Positions 23,135 through 35,368 of a stretch of 64,000 bases of DNA are shown here, piece by piece. Both the position numbers and the translations under genes were made by a program. How positions within the stretch are numbered: position 1 is the first letter of the stretch; every line of letters begins with the position of its first letter. The DNA lies in the NCBI GenBank assembly GCA_022822375.1, contig JAJEBU010000126.1, forward strand, positions 2,361-66,360, given 5' to 3'. The notes under the pieces were generated by a model. It was not told the DNA's origin. It searched no databases and saw only the letters and a program-made list of their open reading frames with translations. The DNA comes from Dehalococcoidia bacterium. GTDB lineage: Bacteria; Chloroflexota; Dehalococcoidia; Bin125.

Positions 23135-25033
23135 TCAGGCAGGCGTAGACGGTGCGGGTGTGTCGGGTGGACGATGCAGCCGCAGCGCTTCGTCGCGGAA
23201 CTGGATCATGTTGAGCGCCTCCTGCAGGAGGTCAGGATCGTCGACGGCGTCGGTACCGCCTCGGTCCAGCAGCGCCGCCGCGCGGGCCGCATCGTCAGGC
23301 CGTGCGCCTGAACTCGTCAGTTGGAGTTCTTGGTTCTTCAGACGGAGACCCTCTTTGATGCGGCGCTTGCGGATGCGCGCAATCGCGTCCGCCATAGCGG
23401 CGGCCGCGTCATCGTCACTGTAGGGCGGAAGCTCGCCAGCGTCACGCGCGAGACGGCGAATTCGCTCCGCAACGTCAGGATTCAACGCGATCACGTCATC
23501 GAGCGACGCCGAAGGCTGGTCGGCCAGCGCGTTCAGAATGATGCGATCCTCCGAGTCCTCGACCAGCTCGACATCGCCGAGCCCGAACATCTCGCGCACG
23601 CCCGGATGGCGGATCGCGAGATGAAGCAGGAAGGTCTGCTGCCGGTTCCGCGTCCGAGCAGGCTGCGGTACGGGCGCGTCGCCGCTGCGCCGACGGCCGC
23701 TGGACGGCGGCGCGTAGTCGCTCGCCAGCGTTCCTCGTTCCACACGCGCATATGCGGCGACCCGGCGCGTGTACTCCTCGCGGAGCACCGCGTCTCCGAT
23801 CGTTCGAATGGTCGGCATCACTTCGGCGACATAGTCCGAGCGTCCGCGCGGCGATTCCATGTCGTGGTTGCCGCGCACGTGGTCCAACAGCCAATCGAGG
23901 AATGGAGGCGCAGTCTCGACCAGCTCGCGCCAGAGGTCCGGCTCGGCCCTGATCAGATCATCCGGGTCTCGCCCATCTGGCAGCGGAATGATTCGAATGT
24001 CGTTGGAGAGCGTCTGTTGCAGCTGACCGATGCGGCGGAAGTCGGTCGACACGGTCTGCTGGGCGCCGAGCGCCTCGCGGGCAGTGGCGATGCCGCGTCG
24101 AGCAGCGGCCTGTCCGGCGGCGTCAGGGTCCAAGGCCAGGCGGACGTCGGTGGCGATCGGCTTGAGCAGGCCGATCTGCGTTTCGGTCAGCGCGGTGCCC
24201 ATCGAGGCGACGGTGTTGGGCGTGCCGAACTCGTGCGCGCTGATCACGTCCGTGTAGCCCTCGACGATGATCACTCGGCCCGTTTCGCGGACGGCTGTGC
24301 GGGCGAGATCGAGGCCGTAGAGAATGTCGCGCTTGCGGAACAGGCCGCTCTCGGGCGTGTTGATGTACTTGGCCGGCTCGTCGATCAGGGTGCGGCCGCC
24401 AAAGCCGACGGTTTCAGATCGCGCGTTGCGGATCGGGAAGATCAGCCGGTCGCGGAAGCGGTCGAGCGGCCCGCGCTCGGTCGAGATGATCAATCCCGCC
24501 GCCTCGGCGTCCTCCAATCGGTGTCCACGCGCCGAAAGATGATGGACGAGCGCGTCGGAGTCGGAGACGGCCACGCCGAGATTGAACTGTCGAGCTGCGT
24601 CGATGGAGATTCCGCGCGCCTGCAGATAGTCGCGCGCGTCGCGGCCAATCGACGGTTCGTGCAGGTTGCCGCGCCAGAAATGCATCGCCGCGTCGTTGGC
24701 GAGCAGCAGCCGTTCGCGCCGTTCGTCTTGCTGTTGCTGTTCGGCGGTGCGCGGGCGCAGTTCGACGCCGGCTCGTTCGGCCAAACGCCTCAAGGCCTCG
24801 CGAAAGTCGACGTTGTGCCGCTTCATCTCCCACGAGAAGACGTCGCCACCCTCGGAACATGCGCCGAAACAATGCCACGACTGACGCTCGGGGTTGACGA
24901 CGAAGGACGGAGTGCGCTCGGAGTGGAACGGACAGGGCGCCTTGTACGTCGAGCCGCTGCGTTTGAGCGCGACTTCGGAGGAAATCAAGTCAACGATATC
25001 GGTGCGCGCCTTGACCTCTTCTGCAGCAGTCAC
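23135..25033 (-). CDS. dnaG: DNA primase
   Basis: [11 protein letters not shown]...CFGAC zinc finger, KYINTPE, EGYTD, DPD toprim motifs. Confidence 0.96.
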   Translation of the reverse strand: MTAAEEVKARTDIVDLISSEVALKRSGSTYKAPCPFHSERTPSFVVNPERQSWHCFGACSEGGDVFSWEMKRHNVDFREALRRLAERAGVELRPRTAEQQQQDERRERLLLANDAAMHFWRGNLHEPSIGRDARDYLQARGISIDAARQFNLGVAVSDSDALVHHLSARGHRLEDAEAAGLIISTERGPLDRFRDRLIFPIRNARSETVGFGGRTLIDEPAKYINTPESGLFRKRDILYGLDLARTAVRETGRVIIVEGYTDVISAHEFGTPNTVASMGTALTETQIGLLKPIATDVRLALDPDAAGQAAARRGIATAREALGAQQTVSTDFRRIGQLQQTLSNDIRIIPLPDGRDPDDLIRAEPDLWRELVETAPPFLDWLLDHVRGNHDMESPRGRSDYVAEVMPTIRTIGDAVLREEYTRRVAAYARVERGTLASDYAPPSSGRRRSGDAPVPQPARTRNRQQTFLLHLAIRHPGVREMFGLGDVELVEDSEDRIILNALADQPSASLDDVIALNPDVAERIRRLARDAGELPPYSDDDAAAAMADAIARIRKRRIKEGLRLKNQELQLTSSGARPDDAARAAALLDRGGTDAVDDPDLLQEALNMIQFRDEALRLHRPPDTPAPSTPA

Positions 25034-25083
25034 GATCCGACCCCCAACCGCGCACCGCCAAGCGGTTCCCCAAGCATTAAGTG

Positions 25084-25112
25084 AATGTAAAGCGAACTGC
25101 CGTCTTTTTCAA
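25084..25112 (-). promoter_or_regulatory. sigma70-type promoter of dnaG-rpoD
   Basis: Minus strand TTGAAA-N17-TACATT, about 50 nt upstream of the dnaG start. Confidence 0.65.
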
Positions 25113-25138
25113 TCGCGCCCGGTACTCAGTGAGACCGA

Positions 25139-27058
25139 TCACTCGTCCAGCGACATGGTGATGGTGTTGTTCGAGGTGTCCGACTCGGCCAGATTTCCAG
25201 TGGTCACGATGGTCATCGTGATCTCGCCGCTGTGCGGCTGGTTGCTGGCCAGAGTCTCCACGCCGCCCGCGGCCAGCGGTGAGACGTCGGCGGAGCGTCG
25301 CGGGATGACTTCGAGTTCCGTCTCAGCCGAATCCGCGATGACCACGAAGAATGACTCCGCCGGCCCGTCGCCTTGATTGACGACGGTGAACAGGACGTAG
25401 CCGTCGCGAGTGCTCTGCGTGTCGAGGAAGGTCAGGTCGGGCAGCTCCGCGGGCTGTTGCACCGGCGTGTCTGTCGGCTGATCGGTGTCGGCGTCTTGCG
25501 CAGAATCCTCTTGCTGGCCGTCCGATCCATCCCCGACCGCGCCGGGCGCGGACAGCGAGACCTGGAAGGTGTTGTTGGCAGAGGTCGTGTCGATCGCGGA
25601 CTCGAGCACGATCAGCGCTTGAACGTCCACGCCGTCATCGAGGTCGAGGTCCAGCGGGATCGAGCGCAGGTCATCGGGAGCCATGCTGAGCACGACGGCG
25701 GCCGATCCAAGCTCGACCCCGCTCGCCGCGTCGACGACGGAGATGAGGACATCGGCGCGCTCGATATCGACATCGCTGGCGTTGGTGATCGACACGTTGA
25801 GCCGGCGCAGGTCGTCAGCAGTCTGGCGGGCGGTGACGATGGCGATGTCCACCTCGTCCCGCAGAGCTTCCTGTCCCGGTTGGTCACTATCGGGGTCCGC
25901 GGATGATTGCTGCTGGGCAGCATCGTCCGCTGCGCCCTCCGCAATCACGTGAATCACGATCCGATCGTCGTACCGATCATCCTCAGGCGTGAAGACGACC
26001 AGCTGCAGTTCATAGGAGCCTGAGTTGGTGATCCAACGCTGGATGTCTTCTACCACTTCGGCGTACGGGTCGGCCGGGCCTTCAGCGGAGTGAATGAGCA
26101 CCGAATTGCCGAGGGTGTTGTCTGGCGAGATCGGCGTGAGATAGAGCAGCGCACTGCTGACGGTCACATTGGGCGCGCTGATCTCCACATCGAAGGCGAA
26201 GTCGTCGCCGAGCATGAAGCGTGCCGCATTGGTCGGGGAGTCGATCTGTGCCGCGCCGATGCCGCTAGATGTCTGCCCGTTGGTCGAGCCTGGCGTTTGT
26301 GATTGGCTGCCCGACGATGCCGCTGCGTCGTCCTGCGGCAGCGCTCCGCCCTGCGGGACGAGGACGACCGGTGTGGCCTGCCGTTCCTCGCGACCCGCGG
26401 CGTCGATCGCCACGATCGTGACCTCCACCTCGCCCGTCTCGCCCGGCGTCCAGTCGATGTTCGCGAGGTACTCGTTGTCGACCAGCGCTGGGGTCACAGA
26501 GACGACGCGGTTCCCGTCGACGAGCATGTCGAACCTCTCGATTGGTTGGCTGCCGGTCGCGGAGATGGCCAGGCGGACCGTCGTCCCGGTGACGATCTGC
26601 TGCAGCGGCGAGATGCCCAGCACCTGAAGTCGCAGGGCGGCGGCGACCCGTGCCTGGTCATCCGTGACCTCGACGCGAATTTGCCGCTCGGTCTCGACGC
26701 CCTCGGCGTCCAGCGCGACGATTCTCAACTCCGCGAAGCCCAGCCGCGTCGGCGTCCACACGAACGTGCCGATGTACGCGCCCCGATCGGCCGAGTAGGC
26801 GGGCAGGACGGAGACGAGCGATTGTCCGTCGACGAACAGTTCCAAGGTCGCGACGGGGTTGCCTGAGGAGATGGTGACCGTGATGCTCTGCGGGTCTTCC
26901 AGCAATACCAGTTCGCCGTCGTCGACCGAGATGACGACGAGCGGCGCATTGGGCTCGTTCGAGTTGAGCACGTCGAGTGTGAGGATCAGCACAGCCACGG
27001 CGGCGACGATGCCGCTGATCACGACGAAGATGGCAATCGAACCGATGCGGCTGCCCAT
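25139..27058 (-). CDS. membrane-anchored acidic protein with Ig-like/CARDB-like beta-sandwich repeats
   Basis: N-terminal TM helix; two similar repeats (LFVDG...WTP...IVALD and MLVDG...WTP...IVAID); C-terminal PDL...V.NQG...ESDTSNN CARDB-like module. Confidence 0.75.
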   Translation of the reverse strand: MGSRIGSIAIFVVISGIVAAVAVLILTLDVLNSNEPNAPLVVISVDDGELVLLEDPQSITVTISSGNPVATLELFVDGQSLVSVLPAYSADRGAYIGTFVWTPTRLGFAELRIVALDAEGVETERQIRVEVTDDQARVAAALRLQVLGISPLQQIVTGTTVRLAISATGSQPIERFDMLVDGNRVVSVTPALVDNEYLANIDWTPGETGEVEVTIVAIDAAGREERQATPVVLVPQGGALPQDDAAASSGSQSQTPGSTNGQTSSGIGAAQIDSPTNAARFMLGDDFAFDVEISAPNVTVSSALLYLTPISPDNTLGNSVLIHSAEGPADPYAEVVEDIQRWITNSGSYELQLVVFTPEDDRYDDRIVIHVIAEGAADDAAQQQSSADPDSDQPGQEALRDEVDIAIVTARQTADDLRRLNVSITNASDVDIERADVLISVVDAASGVELGSAAVVLSMAPDDLRSIPLDLDLDDGVDVQALIVLESAIDTTSANNTFQVSLSAPGAVGDGSDGQQEDSAQDADTDQPTDTPVQQPAELPDLTFLDTQSTRDGYVLFTVVNQGDGPAESFFVVIADSAETELEVIPRRSADVSPLAAGGVETLASNQPHSGEITMTIVTTGNLAESDTSNNTITMSLDE

Positions 27059-27084
27059 GTGCCTCCTGCGGACGCGGCAGTCGG

Positions 27085-29376
27085 TCAGCCTCGGCGAGCG
27101 GCCTCGGCGTTGGCCACGAGGTGGCGGGTCTGCTCAATCACGTCCGGCGTGACGGAGATCGAGGTGATCCCCCAATCCACGAGACGCTGCGCGAGGTCAG
27201 GATGTTCCGACGGCCCCTGTCCGCAGACCGACACGGTGATGCCGCGGCGCTTGGCCGTGTTGATCACGCGCTCGATGGACTTGAGCACCGCCGGGTTGCG
27301 CTCGTCGAAGGACTCGGCGAAGCGCTCGGAGTCGCGGTCGATGCCGAGCGTGAGCTGCGTCAGGTCATTCGAGCCGATCGAGACGCCGTCAATGCCGCAG
27401 TCGATGAACTCATCCAGCAGCAGCACGTTGGACGGCACCTCGACCATCATCCAAAGCTGGAAACCGCCGGGCGTCGCTGCATCGCGGACGAGGCCGTAGT
27501 CGGCGACCTGCCTGGCGACCTGCGCCATCTCGTCCGGGGTGCGAACGAAGGGGATCATCAGGTGCAGGTTGGGATGATCCTCGCGGACCTGCTCCAGCGC
27601 GCGCAGCTCGAGCTCGAATAGGTCAGGCTCGCGAATGTAGCGGGCAGCGCCGCGGTAGCCGATCATCGGGTTTTCTTCGTCAGGCTCGTAGAGGTCGCCG
27701 CCCGTCAGGTTGGCGTACTCGTTGGTTTTGAAGTCCGTCGCGCGGTAGACGACGGGGCGCGGGTCAAACGCGGAGGCAATCTTGCGCATGCCCTCGGAGA
27801 GCCGGCGTACGTACTCGTCCTGGCGGCCCGTGTTGATGAAGCTGCGCGGGTGCTCGCCTAGCCGTGCGATGATGAACTCGGCCCGCAGCAGTCCGACGCC
27901 GTCGACGTCGCGCTCGGCGACGCGGTCAGCAATCTCCGGCTCGGCCAGGTTGACATAGAGCCGAGTCTCGGTCTCGACCTTGGCGTAGCGCTCCTCCTGG
28001 CGGTCGGCCCACCAGGCGATCAGCTCAGACTCGATTCCGTCGTAAACCAGGCCGTTGCCGCCGTCGACGGTCACCTCGCGGCCATCGGCGAGGGTGGCTG
28101 CTCCAGCCGCGCCGACGACGCAGGGCACTCCGAGCTCGCGCGAGATGATCGCCGCGTGGCAGGTGCGACCGCCCCGCTCGGTGATGATCGCCGCCGCCCG
28201 CTTCATCGCCGGGACGAAGTCTGGCGTGGTCATTTCCGCGACGAGCACGTCGCCCTCGCCGATGCCGGAGGTCTCCTTCGCGTCGAGGATCACGCGGATG
28301 CGTCCGCTGGCGACGCCAGGCGAGGCCGGCGACCCGTCGAGGATCGGCGCCCGGGCGACCTGTGGCGCCGGATTCGCGCCGTTGGTCAGCGTGGATGGAC
28401 CGACGGTCGTGATGGGCCGCGTTTGGAGCAGGTAGAAGTTGCCGTTGGCGCGGCCCCACTCGATGTCCTGCGGGGAGCCGTAGTGGGTCTCGATGCGTTG
28501 ACCGATGGCGCTGAGTTCGAGGATCGCATCATCGCTCAGCTTGGGCGTGGAGCCGTCTGCTGATGACAGCGCCTGCCACTCATTGGCGCCGTGCTCCGCG
28601 TCGATCCGTCCATCGGCGGCGCGGACGAGTTGGCGATCCTGGACCAAGACTTGGCGCTCGATGATCTGCCCGGCGCGTTTGTCGACTTCGTAGTGGTCGG
28701 GCGAGACGAGACCGCCCACGACGGCTTCGCCCAGGCCGAACGCCGCTTCGATGACGACCTTGTTGTGGTCGTTGCTGATCGGGTCCACCGTGAACATGAC
28801 GCCCGATGTCTCCGACTGCACCATCTGCTGTACCGGCACGGCGAGATCGACGTCGAGGTGTCCCCAGCCCGCTTGTTCTCGGTAGAAGACGGCGCGCGCC
28901 TCGAAGAGCGACGCCCAGCAGCGCTGAACGGCCTCGACGACATTGACGCTGCCCTCGATGTTGAGGAATGTCGCCTGCTGGCCGGCGAATGACGCTTCGG
29001 CCAGGTCTTCCGCCGTCGCCGAGCTGCGCACTGCGACGGGACCCTCACCCAGCGCCGCGTAAGCGGCGATGATTTGCTGCTGAATCGCGGCCGGCATCTC
29101 CGCCTGCTCGATGGCGTGTCGGACTGCGGCCGAGCGCTCGTTGAGCTGGGCGTCGTCGTTGACGTCGAGCCCGTGGAGGATGTCGCGGAGCTGATGGTCG
29201 AGCCCAGAATCCTCGATGAAGTGCCGATACGCGCGCGTGCTGACCACGAAGCCCGGCGGCACCGGAATGTTGGCCTGGGTCAGCTCGCCGAGGTTGGCGC
29301 CCTTGCCGCCCACGAGCGGTACGTCGTCTCGTCCGACATCGGCGAACCAGACGATGTGTGAGGAATCAGATGTCAT
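27085..29376 (-). CDS. ppsA: phosphoenolpyruvate synthase
   Basis: VGGKGANLGEL, VRSSATAED...SFAGQ, GGRTCHAAI, EENPMIGYRG, SIGSNDLTQL. Confidence 0.95.
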   Translation of the reverse strand: MTSDSSHIVWFADVGRDDVPLVGGKGANLGELTQANIPVPPGFVVSTRAYRHFIEDSGLDHQLRDILHGLDVNDDAQLNERSAAVRHAIEQAEMPAAIQQQIIAAYAALGEGPVAVRSSATAEDLAEASFAGQQATFLNIEGSVNVVEAVQRCWASLFEARAVFYREQAGWGHLDVDLAVPVQQMVQSETSGVMFTVDPISNDHNKVVIEAAFGLGEAVVGGLVSPDHYEVDKRAGQIIERQVLVQDRQLVRAADGRIDAEHGANEWQALSSADGSTPKLSDDAILELSAIGQRIETHYGSPQDIEWGRANGNFYLLQTRPITTVGPSTLTNGANPAPQVARAPILDGSPASPGVASGRIRVILDAKETSGIGEGDVLVAEMTTPDFVPAMKRAAAIITERGGRTCHAAIISRELGVPCVVGAAGAATLADGREVTVDGGNGLVYDGIESELIAWWADRQEERYAKVETETRLYVNLAEPEIADRVAERDVDGVGLLRAEFIIARLGEHPRSFINTGRQDEYVRRLSEGMRKIASAFDPRPVVYRATDFKTNEYANLTGGDLYEPDEENPMIGYRGAARYIREPDLFELELRALEQVREDHPNLHLMIPFVRTPDEMAQVARQVADYGLVRDAATPGGFQLWMMVEVPSNVLLLDEFIDCGIDGVSIGSNDLTQLTLGIDRDSERFAESFDERNPAVLKSIERVINTAKRRGITVSVCGQGPSEHPDLAQRLVDWGITSISVTPDVIEQTRHLVANAEAARRG

Positions 29377-29522
29377 GAAGCACGCCCGCGCTGCTGGAGG
29401 TATCGAAACCGTCGAGGCACAACTAGCAGGATATCACCGCGTTAACGAACTTCCTGTATCGCGTTGTGGACAGCAGCTCAGGCCAGGTCATGCTTGTCCG
29501 TCGGCGGGCGCGCTGGGGTGGA

Positions 29523-29540
29523 ACGACCGTTACTCGACCG

Positions 29541-29555
<15 letters not shown>
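29523..29555 (-). repeat. three tandem 11-bp copies overlapping the glmS stop
   Basis: Minus strand GTGACGGTCGA GTGACGGTCGA GTAACGGTCGT. Confidence 0.8.
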
Positions 29556-31397
<1,842 letters not shown>

Positions 31398-31411
31398 GGC
31401 GATCCCCGCGC

Positions 31412-32845
31412 CTAGCCCGCCACCGACGTCGTCCAACTGCGACCGTTCGATCGCTGCGCCGTCCCCGGCTGCCTATGACCCGAGTCGGCGCGGCCAACGT
31501 CTTCCTGCAACGACTCTAGGAGGTCTGAGAGCGTGTAGACGAACGAGACCGGCCGATTGATCGCAGATTCGAGCTCTTGGGGCGTCAGATCATCGAGAAA
31601 CTTTGCGCCGAAGTAATCAAGCGACGCTCGAGGTAAGAAGATTCGCGGAGGCAACGGCCTTCCAGCCCGATTCGACGTCAACGCTGTTTGGAAATCCCGA
31701 CCGGGGATCAGTCCGCTGACATTCACCCGCTCGCCGAAAAGCGTGTTCTCGACGGGCACGATCTCGAACTGCGCGCCGGTGAGGTCAGATACCTCGCGGC
31801 ACAGCTTCCGCAGCGTCGGCGCGATCAAGGTCCCGCTGGCGATCAGCACTGATTCAGCCGGCGCCGACAGCCGACCTGCGCGAATCTTGCGGCGCGTCGA
31901 TCGCCAGTCATCGATCAGCGTCCGCGTCATCCCGACGCCGTTCTCCCATTGCGGAAATCCGTCGTAGCGCCTGGCTGACGGAATCTGCGCGTTCGCTGTG
32001 AGGTAGAACTCGTCGCTGGGAAACACGATCGATGCGCCGCGTTCGGCGCGGGTCTGACGTTGCCAGCGTCGAATCTGTCGGACCACGCGCGTTGCCTCGG
32101 CGTGCGTGTGCGCGCGCATGCCGTCGTTCTGGATGCGCTCCTCACCCTCTAGCGATGAGCCGACTGGCACGACGCCGATCGACACGACCGAATCAATCTC
32201 CAACAGGTCGCTGATGGTTTGGTCCAGTGCCGCTCCGTCGTTGACGCCGGGACAGAGGACGACCTGCGTGTGCGCCTCGATGCGCATTGTGGCGAGGCGG
32301 CGCAACTGCTCACGGACATCGGGCGCGCGTGGGTTGCCGAGCAGCTGGCGGCGCAGCTGCGGATCCGTCGCGTGGACGCTGACGTGCAATGGACTTAGCC
32401 GCTGCGTCTCGAGCCGCTGCCAGTCATCGTCGGCGAGGTTCGTCAGCGTCACAAAATTGCCGTGCAGAAAGGACAGGCGGTAATCATCGTCCTTGACATA
32501 GAGCGGCCGCCGCAGCCCCTTCGGCAGCCCTTTCAGAAAGCAGAAGAAGCACTTGTTGTTGCAGATGCGGGTGCCGTCGAATGCGTCATCCTCGAACTCA
32601 ACGCCCAACGGCTCGTCGATCGACTTCTCGAACTCCACCACACCCCGCTCGCCGTCAGCGACCACTTCAAGCTCGATGAAATCGTCAGTGGTCTGGAAGC
32701 GGAAGTCGACCGGGTCGCGAATGGGCTCGCCGTTGACGGAGACAACCTGGTCGCCGGCTTGCAGGCCTGCCTGATCGGCGAGCGAACCGGGTTCGATCGC
32801 GTTGATCGACCCAGCGGGTACGCGAGTGCGGCGGGGGCGGGTCAT
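31412..32845 (-). CDS. DUF512 family PDZ + radical-SAM-like Fe-S protein
   Basis: N-terminal PDZ-like segment, CNNKCFFC, LYVKDDDYRLSFL.GN, QVVLCPG.NDG, ENGVG, FLDD. Confidence 0.85.
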   Translation of the reverse strand: MTRPRRTRVPAGSINAIEPGSLADQAGLQAGDQVVSVNGEPIRDPVDFRFQTTDDFIELEVVADGERGVVEFEKSIDEPLGVEFEDDAFDGTRICNNKCFFCFLKGLPKGLRRPLYVKDDDYRLSFLHGNFVTLTNLADDDWQRLETQRLSPLHVSVHATDPQLRRQLLGNPRAPDVREQLRRLATMRIEAHTQVVLCPGVNDGAALDQTISDLLEIDSVVSIGVVPVGSSLEGEERIQNDGMRAHTHAEATRVVRQIRRWQRQTRAERGASIVFPSDEFYLTANAQIPSARRYDGFPQWENGVGMTRTLIDDWRSTRRKIRAGRLSAPAESVLIASGTLIAPTLRKLCREVSDLTGAQFEIVPVENTLFGERVNVSGLIPGRDFQTALTSNRAGRPLPPRIFLPRASLDYFGAKFLDDLTPQELESAINRPVSFVYTLSDLLESLQEDVGRADSGHRQPGTAQRSNGRSWTTSVAG

Positions 32846-32888
32846 ACGGTTCCTACAGCCGGGAACGGCACGAGGATCGACGGCGCGA

Positions 32889-33773
32889 CTAGGTGGCCGG
32901 CAGCGCTCGCTTGAGTTGCTCATCAATCGCGCCGATGCGGTCAACCACGGCGTCGATTGAGAAATCCGGCGTCGACGCGCCTGCCGTCACGCCGATGTCG
33001 TCGTGCCCCTCAAACCAGCCGGGTTCCAGCTCTTCGGCGGTCTCGACGTGGTAGGTCTCGACGCCGTTCGCGCGGGACAGCTCGGCGAGGTGGCGTGTGT
33101 TGGCGGAGTTGTAACCGCCAACCACGATCATCAGGTCCACATCCTCAGTCAGGTCGCGGGTGGCGGCCTGCTGCGACGTCGTTGCATTGCAGAGCACGTT
33201 GACCACACGAATCTCCGTGATCTGATCGATCCGCGCTTCCATCAGGTTCGAGACGAAGGCCGCGAAGCGCTCGGGCGTGTGCGTGGTCTGAGAGATCACG
33301 CCAATCTTGGCCGGCAGATAGTCGGGCAGGTCCTCGAGCGACTCGTTCTTGATCACGATCCCGCGGCCGCGGCACCAACCGAGCACGCCCTTGACCTCAG
33401 GGTGAGTGGGGTCGCCGAAGATCACCACGGTGAAGCCGCGCTCGGCCAGATTGCGAGCCGCACGCTGCGACCGCGACACGAACTGGCAGGTCGTGTCAAT
33501 CACGTTCAGTCCGCGCGCCTCAATGTCGCGCACGACGGTCTCGCCAACGCCGTGGGCGGTGATCGCCACGACATCGGTATCGACGTTTTCGGCGAGACGG
33601 TCTTCTTTGACGGAGATGCCCGTGCTCTCCAGTTGCTCGACAACTTGCGGGTTGTGCACGACCTGACCGAGCGTGGTCACGCGGGTACCGTTGGCGGCTG
33701 CTTCCTTCATCATGTCGACGGCGCGACGGACGCCGAAGCAGAAGCCCATGTCGCTGGCGCGGTGAATCTTCAT
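32889..33773 (-). CDS. ispH: 4-hydroxy-3-methylbut-2-enyl diphosphate reductase
   Basis: GFCFGVRRA, HNP, DTTC, HPEV, CNAT..Q, NSANT, TAGASTP. Confidence 0.95.
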   Translation of the reverse strand: MKIHRASDMGFCFGVRRAVDMMKEAAANGTRVTTLGQVVHNPQVVEQLESTGISVKEDRLAENVDTDVVAITAHGVGETVVRDIEARGLNVIDTTCQFVSRSQRAARNLAERGFTVVIFGDPTHPEVKGVLGWCRGRGIVIKNESLEDLPDYLPAKIGVISQTTHTPERFAAFVSNLMEARIDQITEIRVVNVLCNATTSQQAATRDLTEDVDLMIVVGGYNSANTRHLAELSRANGVETYHVETAEELEPGWFEGHDDIGVTAGASTPDFSIDAVVDRIGAIDEQLKRALPAT

Positions 33774-34600
33774 GCTGCTGCTCCTGGCTCGTGCGGTCGC
33801 GTCGCCGCCTCCTCGTCGATGACTGGCTCAGTTGGTGGTTCGGAGCCATCCTCGACCAAGTGAGCGTACACGCCACGATAGGCAGACGGTAGCTGCTCTG
33901 CAATGGCCTTCATGATGGTGAGGTGCGCACGGTCGATGTCATCGCGCGTGATCCGTCGTCCAGCGGGCTCGACGACGAAAGGGTGAGAGGCGGTCATCCG
34001 CACTTGCGTGCGCGCAAACAAAGCCCGCCAACCAGCCCGCATCCGTTCCGAACCGGTGATTCCGACGGCGACGACCGGGGCGCGTGAGCGCAGCGCGAGC
34101 AGCGCCGTGCCTGAGTGCGCCTGCATCAGCCCGCCAGTGTCGGAGCGGTGGCCTTCCGGGAACATGCCCAGCGCCGCGCCTTCCGACAGCAGCCGCTCCG
34201 CCTCGCGGATGGCCTGGCGGTCGGCGGCGCCGCGCCGCACCGGGAACGCGCCGGACAGCGCGAACAGGTAGCCGATGATTGGCTCTTTCTGGAACAGTTC
34301 AATCTTCGCCATGTAGCGCGGCGAGCGCGGATAGATGGCCGACGCCATCATCGCCGGGTCGGCCGAGGACACGTGGTTGGACGCGATGATCACGCCGCCC
34401 CGCGGGATGCGGTCGAAGTCCACCCACTCGCAGCGGACGATCCGCATGAAGGCGAGACGCGCGAAGAATCCTGCAACCAGGAACCACACCCGCGACGCGT
34501 TGGGCATGCCAGGCATGCCGATTGCCGCCAAGGCCTGGTGCTCACCGAAGACGAGGCGCGTGAGTTGCCGCGTGAACCATCGGTAGGCGCGCCGACGCAT
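33770..34600 (-). CDS. plsC: 1-acyl-sn-glycerol-3-phosphate acyltransferase
   Basis: NHVSSAD (HxxxxD), AKIELF, FPEG. Confidence 0.88.
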   Translation of the reverse strand: MRRRAYRWFTRQLTRLVFGEHQALAAIGMPGMPNASRVWFLVAGFFARLAFMRIVRCEWVDFDRIPRGGVIIASNHVSSADPAMMASAIYPRSPRYMAKIELFQKEPIIGYLFALSGAFPVRRGAADRQAIREAERLLSEGAALGMFPEGHRSDTGGLMQAHSGTALLALRSRAPVVAVGITGSERMRAGWRALFARTQVRMTASHPFVVEPAGRRITRDDIDRAHLTIMKAIAEQLPSAYRGVYAHLVEDGSEPPTEPVIDEEAATRPHEPGAAA

Positions 34601-34603
34601 GGC

Positions 34604-35338
34604 TCACGCCTCTCCGCCGACGACTGAGACTGGCATGGGCAGATGCGCGCGGATGATCTGCTCCGCCCGATCCACGGCCTCAACCAACGAGAGGCTCGAT
34701 GTATTCAGTGTGATCGCGTCCTGCGCGGCAACGAGCGGAGATGCCGCGCGGCGCTGATCCAGCTCGTCGCGCCGATTGGTGGCGGCAAGGACCGAGGCTC
34801 GGTCGGCGTCCTGGTTGCGCTCCTTCGCCCGACGCTGAGCGCGAACCTCAGCGCTGGCATCGAGGAAGATCTTAACCGGCGCGTCTGGCAGAACCACCGT
34901 GCCGATGTCGCGTCCGACGACGATCATGCAGCCCTGCATGGCCTGCTGCTGCTGAATCTGCACCATCAGCGTGCGCACGCCAGCGATGGCCGCCACGGTG
35001 GGAACGCCCGACTCGACTTCGGGCTCGCGCAGGTGCGGCGTTGCGTTCTCGCCATCGACGTAGACCTCGAGCTCAACTGAGTCCGCTGTCGCGGGCGCAC
35101 GAAGCTGGAAATCGGAATGGCGGATCAGCTCGACGACGGACTCATCGTCGTCGAGGTAGATGCTGCCCTTTTGGGCCTGCCAGGTGGCTGCGCGATACAT
35201 GATGCCGGTATCGAACAGCCGCCAGCCCAGCCGACGGGCCAGCTCGCGGCCGACCGCCGTCTTGCCCGACGCCACTGGCCCGTCGATGGCGACGAGCCGC
35301 TGCCGGCAATCGCGGTCGGATGGTCGAAAGGAGCTCAC
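34604..35338 (-). CDS. cmk: cytidylate kinase
   Basis: AIDGPVASGKT, DTGIMYR, GRDIGTVVLPDA. Confidence 0.94.
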   Translation of the reverse strand: MSSFRPSDRDCRQRLVAIDGPVASGKTAVGRELARRLGWRLFDTGIMYRAATWQAQKGSIYLDDDESVVELIRHSDFQLRAPATADSVELEVYVDGENATPHLREPEVESGVPTVAAIAGVRTLMVQIQQQQAMQGCMIVVGRDIGTVVLPDAPVKIFLDASAEVRAQRRAKERNQDADRASVLAATNRRDELDQRRAASPLVAAQDAITLNTSSLSLVEAVDRAEQIIRAHLPMPVSVVGGEA

Positions 35339-35368
35339 AGACTCATGGTAGTACGCGCCTGAGCATCG

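Noticed and set aside
29465-29473. DnaA-box-like TGTGGACAG upstream of ppsA, and the gene strand switch at about 50.8 kb, as signs of an origin
   Set aside because: A single imperfect box, with no cluster, AT-rich unwinding element or dnaA/dnaN nearby
31398-31411. glmS ribozyme
   Set aside because: Only 14 nt separate glmS from the upstream gene and no ribozyme core is visible
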